A DNA stretch of 64,000 nt, taken from Thermodesulfobacteriota bacterium (GTDB lineage Bacteria > Desulfobacterota > Desulfarculia > JACQYL01). Positions 30,290 through 38,599 of this stretch are shown here, piece after piece; positions within the stretch are counted from its first letter, which is position 1, and every line of letters begins with the position of its first letter. The DNA lies in the NCBI GenBank assembly GCA_963675595.2, contig CAXXLZ010000002.1:3488001-3552000 (forward strand). Direction: 5' to 3'. The translations under genes were made by a program, and so were the position numbers. A model generated the notes under the pieces. The model saw only the letters and a list, made by a program, of their open reading frames with translations, was not told the origin of the DNA and ran no database searches.

Positions 30290-31138
30290 TCACACAGTGA
30301 TTCGCATCCCGTCGTAAGCGAAGCGGATCCCCTCCATGGAGCTTTCCAGTGCCGTGTAATCCGTGTGGCTCCGATTCCAGTACTCTTCCAGGTGAACGAA
30401 CAGGACGTGCTTTGCTTCGATTCTTTTCGCCAGCCCTACGGTTTCTTCGAAAGTGTAAAGAGTGGTCCTGGAAATATGACTTTCCGGATAGACGAAACCG
30501 TGTTTCAAGCCTGTTTCGAAGATTCCCGGTTGAATGATCAGCAGGGAGGGGTTTCGGACTTCCTCCCTTTCCTCCGGAAACGGCCGGATGTCACAGGGGG
30601 CGTAAACGACCTTCCGGCCCTGTTTCATGAAAACATAGACGAATGAGGTTTGGTCTCCCCGGTCAACGGGCAAGGCGATCACGTCGGTATTGCCGATTCG
30701 GGTCCGTTGTCGGAACACGCGGATTTCCACGAAGCCTTGGCCCTCGTAGAAGTCCATCAGGGGACCGTAAACCGATCGGATTTCGCGAATCCTCCGGTAG
30801 AGGACTTCCGGAATCACCAATTGAATCCTGAGCTCCGGATAGGCCCGCCAGGTACGGAAATCCAAAGCCACCTGTTCCACCACACGCAGTCCTTCCACAT
30901 GGTCGGGGTCCAAGTGAGTCAGGATCAGGTGATCCAATCGCTCTATTCCGTTTCGGTTCAACTGATCGGCCACTTCGGCCGGAGTGTCGATGAGCAGGTT
31001 TTCGTCGTGAAGAAAGCCGGCGGGTCCGGTTCGCTCGAAGGGGATCCCCTTTTCCCTGGCTTCATTGCACACCGGGCAACGGCACAGGGGGCGGGGGATG
31101 CGGGTGCATCCCCCGGATCCTAGAATCGTCCATTGCAT
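30290..31138 (-). CDS. PhnP-like metallo-beta-lactamase-fold hydrolase
   Basis: ILGSGG..IP.PLCRCPVC, LLIDTP, THLDPDH, FAYDGM. Confidence 0.85.
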   Translation of the reverse strand: MQWTILGSGGCTRIPRPLCRCPVCNEAREKGIPFERTGPAGFLHDENLLIDTPAEVADQLNRNGIERLDHLILTHLDPDHVEGLRVVEQVALDFRTWRAYPELRIQLVIPEVLYRRIREIRSVYGPLMDFYEGQGFVEIRVFRQRTRIGNTDVIALPVDRGDQTSFVYVFMKQGRKVVYAPCDIRPFPEEREEVRNPSLLIIQPGIFETGLKHGFVYPESHISRTTLYTFEETVGLAKRIEAKHVLFVHLEEYWNRSHTDYTALESSMEGIRFAYDGMRITV

Positions 31139-31159
31139 CTTACGGCGAGAAATCCGCGG

Positions 31160-32785
31160 TTACGCGGCTTTGGTTTCTTTCTCGTCTTTGGAGTCCTTTT
31201 CTTCCCTTTGATGCTTACGGTCTCCGTCCACGGTCCCCCTGACTCGTTCACGCTCTTCGGCGAAATCGAATCCGGTCCAGATGCCGATGGAACCCAAGAT
31301 GGAATCCTGCGGATGGAACTCGCGGAAGATCTTGAAATAATAAGCCGCTTCCTTGCTGTTGATCACGGCGGAGGGATTCTCTTCTTTGATTTGTTGGTAC
31401 TCGTCCTCGGTCATGTTCTTTTCGGCAAGAAGCTCTCCCAAGTTCTCGCAGCCGGCTCCCTGCGTGTATTGGACTTTGTAGCGCCAGAGAATGTCTTCCG
31501 GGAGATAATCCGTATCTTCAAAGGCCTTGCGGAGAATCCATTTTTCGATTTTGGCTCCGTTGCGTTCGTTGATCTTCAGTTCCGGGGGAATCTTCATGGA
31601 AAGATCCACCAGTTCCGTATCCAAGAAGGGAACGCGCAGTTCGAGGCTGAAGTACATTCCCATGCGGTCGGCGCGCTGCAGGTTGATGTTGTGCAGGTTG
31701 CCGATGCACCGACGGGCTTCCAGGTTCAGCTTGTCCACGGGGAAGTGCTTCATGTAGTGGTAGCCGGTAAACAGCTCGTCGGCTCCTTCGCCGGTGAGTA
31801 CCACGGTGACGTAGTCCGCGGCGAGTTTGCAGGTGAAATAGCAGGGCACCGCACAGCGTACCAGCGAGGGATCGTAACTTTCGAGCTTGCGGATGACCTC
31901 GGGCAGCGCTTCGTTATATTCGTCCACCGTGAAGAGCAGTTCGTGGTGCGTGGACCCGATGTGCTCCGCCGCAATCCTGGAGGCCTTGATATCGTCGCTC
32001 ACGTCTCCAAATTCGTCCTGCATGCCCACCACAAAGGTGTGCAGGTTGGGAATGTCCTCCGCGGCGATGGCCGCCACCAAACTGCTGTCCAATCCACCGC
32101 TGCAGAAGGATCCGACCGGAACCTGAGGGTCCGCCAGCAGCCTTTTCTTCACCGCCCGGATGAAGGTCTTGCGGATTCGTTCGCGCGCTTCCTCGATGTC
32201 GGTGAGCAGATGGTCTTCCACCGGAGGCACCGAGTAATATTTCACGAATCCTTCTTTGGGGGTGTAGTAGTGGCCGGCGGGAAATTCGTGAACCTGATCG
32301 AGCCCCGCCAAGGTCATGGCCCCCAGTTCCGAGCTGAAATAGATTTGGTCGTTGTGGTGTCCGTAATAGAGCGGCTTGATGCCGATGGGATCGCGGGCCA
32401 GGAGATAGTTTTCACCGTCGAACAGAGCAAAGGCGAACATGCCGTCGAGCTCTTTTACGGCGGCGGCTCCTTTTTCCCGATACAGATGGAGAATGACCTC
32501 CGAATCGGAAGAGGTCTTGAAGCGATACTGTGAAGTGAGCTTGGAGCGCAGCTTCTTGAAGTTATAAATTTCTCCGTTGCAAATGATCCCTTTGGATCCG
32601 CCCTCGGCCAGAATGGGCTGATGGCCTCGGGCCACGTCCACAATGGAAAGGCGGGTGTGGCCCACCACACCGTTGGAATGGGAGTGGATGCCCCTGTCAT
32701 TGGGTCCTCGGTGGCCCATGGCGTCCAGCATCCGATTGATGGTCTGTTCGTCCTTGACTCCGAAGCATCCGGCTATGCCGCACAT
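31160..32785 (-). CDS. asnB: Asparagine synthase (glutamine-hydrolysing) family amidotransferase
   Basis: MCGIAG, HRGP, RLSIVD, NGEIYN, ARDPIGIKPLY, SGGLDSS, LTGEGADELF, RVPFLD, EKWILR. Confidence 0.93.
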   Translation of the reverse strand: MCGIAGCFGVKDEQTINRMLDAMGHRGPNDRGIHSHSNGVVGHTRLSIVDVARGHQPILAEGGSKGIICNGEIYNFKKLRSKLTSQYRFKTSSDSEVILHLYREKGAAAVKELDGMFAFALFDGENYLLARDPIGIKPLYYGHHNDQIYFSSELGAMTLAGLDQVHEFPAGHYYTPKEGFVKYYSVPPVEDHLLTDIEEARERIRKTFIRAVKKRLLADPQVPVGSFCSGGLDSSLVAAIAAEDIPNLHTFVVGMQDEFGDVSDDIKASRIAAEHIGSTHHELLFTVDEYNEALPEVIRKLESYDPSLVRCAVPCYFTCKLAADYVTVVLTGEGADELFTGYHYMKHFPVDKLNLEARRCIGNLHNINLQRADRMGMYFSLELRVPFLDTELVDLSMKIPPELKINERNGAKIEKWILRKAFEDTDYLPEDILWRYKVQYTQGAGCENLGELLAEKNMTEDEYQQIKEENPSAVINSKEAAYYFKIFREFHPQDSILGSIGIWTGFDFAEERERVRGTVDGDRKHQREEKDSKDEKETKAA

Positions 32786-32939
32786 GTGTAACTCCTAACG
32801 TTGGGGTTCTTTCCGGTTTCGAGGGGAGTATGCGCCACCCGATTCTCCAACCGGAAAACAAATATCTTCGTTCCTGTAACTTCTCGGAGAGAGGGAATAC
32901 TCAGGAAAGTTTCGTCTGAAATGATCTCAATGCGAATTA

Positions 32940-33087
32940 TTTGAATTCAAAATACATCGTGACGGATGTGTTGTCAAGCAACAAACTCTTTTTTTGTCGT
33001 TGCCGATTTTCAGGGCAATCAGGGCGGATTGAAAACGGTTTGGATGCAATGGAAAAAAACGGGGTCAAAGATTATTTTGTATACAAA
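32940..33087. promoter_or_regulatory. Two related palindromes, candidate MarR operators
   Basis: TTTGAATTCAAA (32940-32951) and TTTGTATACAAA (33076-33087), with shared extended context TATTTTGWATWCAAATWA. Confidence 0.5.
32952..32977 (-). promoter_or_regulatory. sigma70 promoter for asnB
   Basis: Minus strand TTGACA (32977-32972), 17-nt spacer, TATTTT; the -10 box overlaps a 12-bp palindrome. Confidence 0.55.
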
Positions 33088-33212
33088 TTATTCCGGAAGT
33101 GCGGGAAAAGTTTTACAAGGGGCTGTCGGGAGCACTTGGGAGAGGAAACAGGGTAACGGATTCCGGTGGGAAACCCTTCTTGTACAAGGAAGTGCGGTCT
33201 TCGGTAAAGCCC

Positions 33213-33698
33213 TCAGGCCGATCCTTCCGTTTCCATGAGGCCGGTCAAAAGCTTCAGGCCTTCCGATATTTTGATCAATTCTGCTTCGGGAAGTTCCGAA
33301 AGGCCGTTCATGACTTGAGTCTGAATGGGGGGAGGTGCGTCGCGAGCGAGCGTTTCTCCCGCTTCCGTGAGTTCCACCACCACGATCCTGCGGTCCGGCG
33401 ACGTCCTGGTGCGTCTCACCAAATCTTTTTGTTCGAGTCGATCGATAATGCCCGTTACGGTGCTTGATTTTACCAGAACCTGACGCGCGATCCCGGACAG
33501 GGACAGGGGCCCGTTTTCGTATAGAGCCACTAGGCAGTTGAGCTGCGGTACGCTGATCTGGTATTTCTTGATGAGTTCTTTGGTGTAGTGGCCCCTGGCC
33601 TGAAGAAGCCGCCGAATATGGTAAATGATTTCGCGGATGAGGTCCGGTTTCACCGTGGACGACGTCTTCTGCGCGAAAGTCGATCTCTGATCGTACAT
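33213..33698 (-). CDS. MarR-family transcriptional regulator
   Basis: ISVPQL..L..L...GP.S...IA......STVTGIIDRLE.K.LV.R.....DRR...V.LT..G. Confidence 0.93.
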   Translation of the reverse strand: MYDQRSTFAQKTSSTVKPDLIREIIYHIRRLLQARGHYTKELIKKYQISVPQLNCLVALYENGPLSLSGIARQVLVKSSTVTGIIDRLEQKDLVRRTRTSPDRRIVVVELTEAGETLARDAPPPIQTQVMNGLSELPEAELIKISEGLKLLTGLMETEGSA

Positions 33699-33945
33699 AT
33701 TTCTTCTTACCCGAATTCAATGAGATGCCCGAAGAAACGGGATCAGACCCTTTACCAGATTCCGGCGGATTGATCAATGATGGAAAAGCGGCATTTCGGT
33801 ATCGGGTTCCCGTTTATTGAACGGTAGGCCGACCATACCGGCGAGTTTTCTTAGAAGGGAACGGGCATTATCCCGAGACGCTTCCGGAAAGGAAAAGGGC
33901 ATCCAACGACCGGGTCTCGGATATTCCGGGGAGGGGGAGTTTCGC

Positions 33946-35298
33946 ATGAATCATCGGATCGCGGTCATCGATGAGGAAGAGGTCATCGGTCAATGCCGTC
34001 GTGAACTGCCCGATCCCCCTTATCGTTTGGAAGGGTTCGACTCCATGGGACGGGCCGCCGCAGCCATCGAGGCCGATCCCCCCGACGTGGTTTTACTCGA
34101 TACGGCACTGCTGCGAGGAGCGCGGTCGGCCGATGTGGAACGTATTCAATCTTCCGCTCCCATGGCGGACCTCATTCTTACGGGGACGCGGGAGAGCATG
34201 GCAATTTCAGGGCGGGCCGAGAGCGGCTTGGCCTGTGACTCTCTGCTGAAACCTTTTCATTCCGAAGAGCTGAGAATGCGGATTCGGAGCTCGTGCGAGT
34301 CGATCCGTCTGCGCACGGAACTGCGGGACCTTCGGGAACGGATGCTGAAAGACCTGCTTCCGTGTATCGAAACGGACCGTGGGACTCTTCTGGACACCGG
34401 CCATGCGGTGAAAGCTCTGGCGGGAGACTCGGGACGATCCGTATTGATTCTCGGCGCGGCCAAATCGGTTTCCGAATTAATGGCCGCCGGCATTCATTCT
34501 CGAAGCCCCGTTCATCGATCCCCGCTGGTTTCCCTGGACTGTTCGGCGTCTCCTCGTCAAGACCTGGAAAGTGCCTTGTTCGGAGAGCACGGGACTAGTG
34601 TGTCGGGACGAAAATCCACCGGCCAACGAGGCTTAATCGCGGAGGCTTCGGGAGGCACGCTTTTTCTTGATGAGATCGGCGAGCTGCCTGAGAGGACTCA
34701 GACACGGCTTCTTAAGTACTTGGATTCGGAAGATTCTTCTTCGAAACGACCTCGGTTCATCTCGGCGATCCGGGGGAATGTGCGTGAACTTCTGGAAGGC
34801 GAGCTGCTCCACGGAGATCTCTATCGGCGGTTGGCGGAGAGTACGGTTCGAGTGCCGTCGCTCACCAAACGAGGTGAGGTGATATCGCGGATCGCGACGA
34901 TGCTGTTGACTCACTTTTCGGAGAAGCACGGCAGGGCGGTGCGGGGCTTCAGTTCGGAAGCCGCCCTGTATCTCGCCGGCCGAAGCTGGAAAGGGGGGAT
35001 CGAAGAATTACGAAACTCCGTGGAGCGCGGTGTGCTGTTGAGTTCGGGTCCCCTGGTGGATAGGAACGACCTGTTTCAGGACGACGTCAAAGCTCTTTGC
35101 GCCAAAGGAGGATTGGTGGACCCCAGGGGGGGCTTTCCGCCGCTTCCCAGGGAGGGAATCGACTTGGAGGCGCTGGAAACCCACCTCATTCGCGAAGCGT
35201 TCCACCAAGCGGGAGGAAACGAACGCAAGGCCGCCCGCCTTTTGGGGATGGGATATTATGCTTTCAGATACCGCCGGAGGCGGTTGGAGCGTCGCTGA
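33946..35298 (+). CDS. NtrC-like response regulator (REC-AAA+-Fis HTH) with degenerate sigma54-activation motifs
   Basis: REC: DVVLLD, LKPF. AAA+: GGTLFLDEIGEL, W.G...ELRN.VER. Fis HTH: GGN..KAARLLG. Walker A and GAFTGA are degenerate. Confidence 0.85.
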   Translation: MNHRIAVIDEEEVIGQCRRELPDPPYRLEGFDSMGRAAAAIEADPPDVVLLDTALLRGARSADVERIQSSAPMADLILTGTRESMAISGRAESGLACDSLLKPFHSEELRMRIRSSCESIRLRTELRDLRERMLKDLLPCIETDRGTLLDTGHAVKALAGDSGRSVLILGAAKSVSELMAAGIHSRSPVHRSPLVSLDCSASPRQDLESALFGEHGTSVSGRKSTGQRGLIAEASGGTLFLDEIGELPERTQTRLLKYLDSEDSSSKRPRFISAIRGNVRELLEGELLHGDLYRRLAESTVRVPSLTKRGEVISRIATMLLTHFSEKHGRAVRGFSSEAALYLAGRSWKGGIEELRNSVERGVLLSSGPLVDRNDLFQDDVKALCAKGGLVDPRGGFPPLPREGIDLEALETHLIREAFHQAGGNERKAARLLGMGYYAFRYRRRRLERR

Positions 35299-35478
35299 CG
35301 CGCCGCGAATATAATATATTCGGCAGGTATCGTAATGCAGGGGGAAAACGGCCGAGGTGGCCCTCCTCCGCTGAGAAGGCCCCCCGGCCTTGTGATCCCC
35401 GCGCATTTCGTACGCCGTTTCTATCCGCATCGCCGTCGTCCTTCAGGAAGGATCAAGTCCGCGGGACGGCGACGCCGG

Positions 35479-37284
35479 TCAGTCGTCGAAACACGACTCC
35501 TCCGCTTTGGCGGTTAATCCTTCGCTCTCCGTCAATAGCCGCACCAGCCCGTCGGCCTTGGGAAGCTCATACCGATAGAAGTAGTCCATGGTGCGCAGCT
35601 TGCCCTGATAGAAACGGGTTTCCGCTTCGGACAGGCCTTCCGATTGCACCCGGAAGGCGGCCGAGCCCTGGAGGAGCCATTGCCACGCCACGGTGACGAT
35701 GCCGAACAATTCCAAATAAGGGACGGCGTCCGCAAGAAAACGTTCCGTTTCTCCGGAATCCGCGATCCGGAGGAGGTGGGCGGTCACATCTCGGAGCCGC
35801 TCAAGAGACTCTCGGAGCCGATGAGCATGAAACTCGAGTCCTGGGAAGGTTTCCGCCTTCCGCACGGCTTTTTCGACTTCATCGATGTACAACGAAAAGG
35901 CGCGGCCGTTGTTCATGGTGACTTTTCGACCCAAGAGGTCCAGCCCCTGAATGCCGGTAGTTCCCTCGTGGATGGGATGAATGCGGACGTCTCTGTAATA
36001 CTGTTCCAGCGGGAATTCGTCGCAATACCCGTAACCTCCCAGGCATTGGAGTCCCTGGCTTACGGAGAGTACGCCCATTTCCGAAGGGTAGGTCTTGGCC
36101 GCGGGCGTGAGGATATCCAGCAGCATTGAGTAGCGCTCCTTTTCTTCGCCCTCCGAAACCTTGATCATATCCACATACTTGGAGCACTGGAGCAGTAGGG
36201 CGACGGACCCGTCCACCACGGCGCGCTGGAAGAACAGCATGCGTTTTACGTCGGGATGATTGATGATGGGCACGGGCGGGGACGTGGGGTCTTTCGCCGA
36301 AAGCTTTCTTCCCTGCGGCCGGGTCTTTGCGTATTCCAGGGAGGCATAGTAGGCGGCGGACGCGATGCCCGCGGCTCCGATCGCCACGTCGATTCGGCCC
36401 TCGTTCATCATCTGGAACATGTACGAAAGGCCCTTGTTGGGTTCGCCTACCAAGTAGCCGCGGCAATCATCCCTTTCGCCCAAACTTAGCTGCACGATGG
36501 GAGAACCGCGGTAGCCCAGCTTATGATAAATGCCCGCCGTGTTGACGTCGTTGCTCACCAAGCTTCCGTCCTTTTCGATTCTCTTCTTGGGCACCACGAA
36601 CAGGGAGATGCCCTTCACTCCCGGAGGCGCTCCCTTGATCTTGGCCAACATCAGGTGCACCACGTTTTCAGTCCCCGTGTGGTCCGCGGCGGAGATGAAT
36701 ATCTTTTGCCCGCTGATCCTGTAGTAATCCTGATCCGTAGGAACGGCCCGGGTCGATATGTCCGTGAGGGAGCTTCCGGCCTGCGGCTCGGTCAGAGCCA
36801 TGGTCCCCTGCCATTCTCCCTCGAATATCTTGGGAATGTAGGTATCGATAAGTTCCTGTGAACCGAAGGACTCGATCAGATGAGCCGCTCCGGTGTTCAG
36901 AAACGCGTACACGGAGGCCGAATAATTGGCCGCGCTGAAGATGAATCGGCATGCGGCCGTGAGCAGATGAGGAAGCTGCTGGCCGCCTAACTCGAAGGGC
37001 GCGTTGGCGGAAATCCATCCCCCTTCTCCCAGCTGCTTCAGAATCGTGGAAACCATGGGATGGACCTTTACCTCATTGTCGGAGAACTCGGGAGGATTCC
37101 GGTCCATCTCGGCAAAACAGGGGAGAAAGAGGTCGTAAGCCATCTTCACGGCGGTTTCAAATACGATCTCGAAGATTTCTTTGTTGTGCTCTTCGTACAT
37201 CGGACAATGGGTGAGTGATTCCAGATCGAACACCTCATACAATAAAAACCGCAGATTCCTTTCGCTTACCAGCTTATCTCCCAT
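35479..37284 (-). CDS. Acyl-CoA dehydrogenase
   Basis: GTMALTEPQAGS, GQKIFIS, KGISLFVVPK, MFQMMN, QCLGGYGY, IHEGTTGIQ. Start MGDKLVS with a GGAGG RBS. Confidence 0.95.
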   Translation of the reverse strand: MGDKLVSERNLRFLLYEVFDLESLTHCPMYEEHNKEIFEIVFETAVKMAYDLFLPCFAEMDRNPPEFSDNEVKVHPMVSTILKQLGEGGWISANAPFELGGQQLPHLLTAACRFIFSAANYSASVYAFLNTGAAHLIESFGSQELIDTYIPKIFEGEWQGTMALTEPQAGSSLTDISTRAVPTDQDYYRISGQKIFISAADHTGTENVVHLMLAKIKGAPPGVKGISLFVVPKKRIEKDGSLVSNDVNTAGIYHKLGYRGSPIVQLSLGERDDCRGYLVGEPNKGLSYMFQMMNEGRIDVAIGAAGIASAAYYASLEYAKTRPQGRKLSAKDPTSPPVPIINHPDVKRMLFFQRAVVDGSVALLLQCSKYVDMIKVSEGEEKERYSMLLDILTPAAKTYPSEMGVLSVSQGLQCLGGYGYCDEFPLEQYYRDVRIHPIHEGTTGIQGLDLLGRKVTMNNGRAFSLYIDEVEKAVRKAETFPGLEFHAHRLRESLERLRDVTAHLLRIADSGETERFLADAVPYLELFGIVTVAWQWLLQGSAAFRVQSEGLSEAETRFYQGKLRTMDYFYRYELPKADGLVRLLTESEGLTAKAEESCFDD

Positions 37285-37569
37285 GGGAAGCACCTCCGAT
37301 GCCGTTGAAAGAGGGACTCGGGCTGATGGATCAGCCTGACCGGCGCCCCGGTGAAACAGACAATGATGTTTCTTTATGTAGGGTGGTAACGAGCGCGTCA
37401 AGTCGCTTGTACACAAGATTGCTTCAATGGTGAAGCCGTGAGCATGAAGTAGGATTCCTTGTGGGCTGTTTCTCGGCTGTGATATCTTCAAACGAATGAA
37501 AGGGGGGGCCGCCTGAAGGACGCGGCGGCGTTCTTCCGATGTGCGTTTCGAAAGGGAAAGGAGGATGTC

Positions 37570-38373
37570 ATGATCAGGAATCCCGCGGTTGCCGACCAAT
37601 TTTACCCCGGCGAACCCTCGGTGCTGTCACGAGAAGTGAAGGGTTATCTGGACCGGGAGGCGGAAAAGAGGGAGGCCCTGGCTGTGATCGCTCCTCACGC
37701 GGGGTACATGTTTTCCGGGAAGGTCGCGGGAATGGCCTTTGCTCGCGTGAAGATTCCAGGTCGAATCATTCTGCTTGGGGTGAATCATCGGGGCATCGGA
37801 GCTCCGGTTGCCGTCATGGCGGATGGAGCCTGGGAAATGCCCAACGGCCGAGTCGGGATGGACGGGGAAACGGCACGAGCCGTTATGAAGCATTCTCGAT
37901 TGGTGAAAGACGACGCGGCCGCTCATCGTTACGAGCATTCCCTGGAGGTGCAGGTCCCGTTTCTCCAGGCACTCCGGAGCGACTTCCTGTTGACTCCCAT
38001 TGCGTTGTCCTTTCTTTCGTATGACGATTGCGAGGAATTGGGCTCGGCCGTTGCGGCGGCGATCCGAGAAGTGGGGGAACCGACTCTCATTGTGGCGAGC
38101 ACGGACATGTCGCACTACGAGTCTCAGATGTCGGCGAAGCGCAAGGACGAAATGGCCATTCAACGGATTGAGGCGCTGGACCCCGCCGGTTTGCATCAAA
38201 CCGTGGTGCAAAATCGCATTTCCATGTGCGGAGTGATTCCCGTGGCGGTGACGTTGGTGGCGTGCAAGGCTCTGGGCGCGTCCCGGTGCGAACTGATCGC
38301 CTATGCCACCAGCGGAGATGTGACCCGTGACTACGACCAGGTGGTCGGGTACGCGGGGTTCGTGGTTTCCTGA
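37570..38373 (+). CDS. AmmeMemoRadiSam system protein B (Memo-like)
   Basis: R.PAVA.QFYP, APHAGY..SG, EHSLEVQVPFLQ, ASTDMSHY, SMCG, Y.TSGD, VVGYAG. Confidence 0.93.
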   Translation: MIRNPAVADQFYPGEPSVLSREVKGYLDREAEKREALAVIAPHAGYMFSGKVAGMAFARVKIPGRIILLGVNHRGIGAPVAVMADGAWEMPNGRVGMDGETARAVMKHSRLVKDDAAAHRYEHSLEVQVPFLQALRSDFLLTPIALSFLSYDDCEELGSAVAAAIREVGEPTLIVASTDMSHYESQMSAKRKDEMAIQRIEALDPAGLHQTVVQNRISMCGVIPVAVTLVACKALGASRCELIAYATSGDVTRDYDQVVGYAGFVVS

Positions 38374-38399
38374 AGGACGGTTTGGAAACGCGATCCGCG

Positions 38400-38485
38400 G
38401 CGTTGCGCTTCATCCTTCGTCACTGCGACGCGCTTCGCAGGCATTGTTCCTCGGGTTTTGCTCGCCTTGCATGCCCTCGCTTTTC
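38400..38485. repeat. Dispersed ~87-nt intergenic repeat, family A, copy 2
   Basis: Aligns with 22998-23084. Confidence 0.65.
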
Positions 38486-38599
38486 AGCCGTCTGCAATAA
38501 TCCGGCTTTGTCCACGGGCTGTTGAGGAGCCTTTCAAGAGCAAACGGGAAGGGAAATCCGCCGCCGGCGGACTTCCCCCCGTGGGTCGATTCTTGCTTC

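Noticed and set aside
31133-32533. 466-aa plus-strand ORF
   Set aside because: Antisense shadow of asnB; such shadows are common in GC-rich DNA.
37285-37599. N-terminal extensions given by the ORF track (also at 9234, 23585, 13034, 33817, 6708)
   Set aside because: Family motifs and RBS positions point to downstream starts; the extensions overlap other genes or promoter regions.
37570-38373. Memo gene without its AMMECR1 and radical SAM partners as a novelty
   Set aside because: These partners are often unlinked, so their absence from this window is uninformative.
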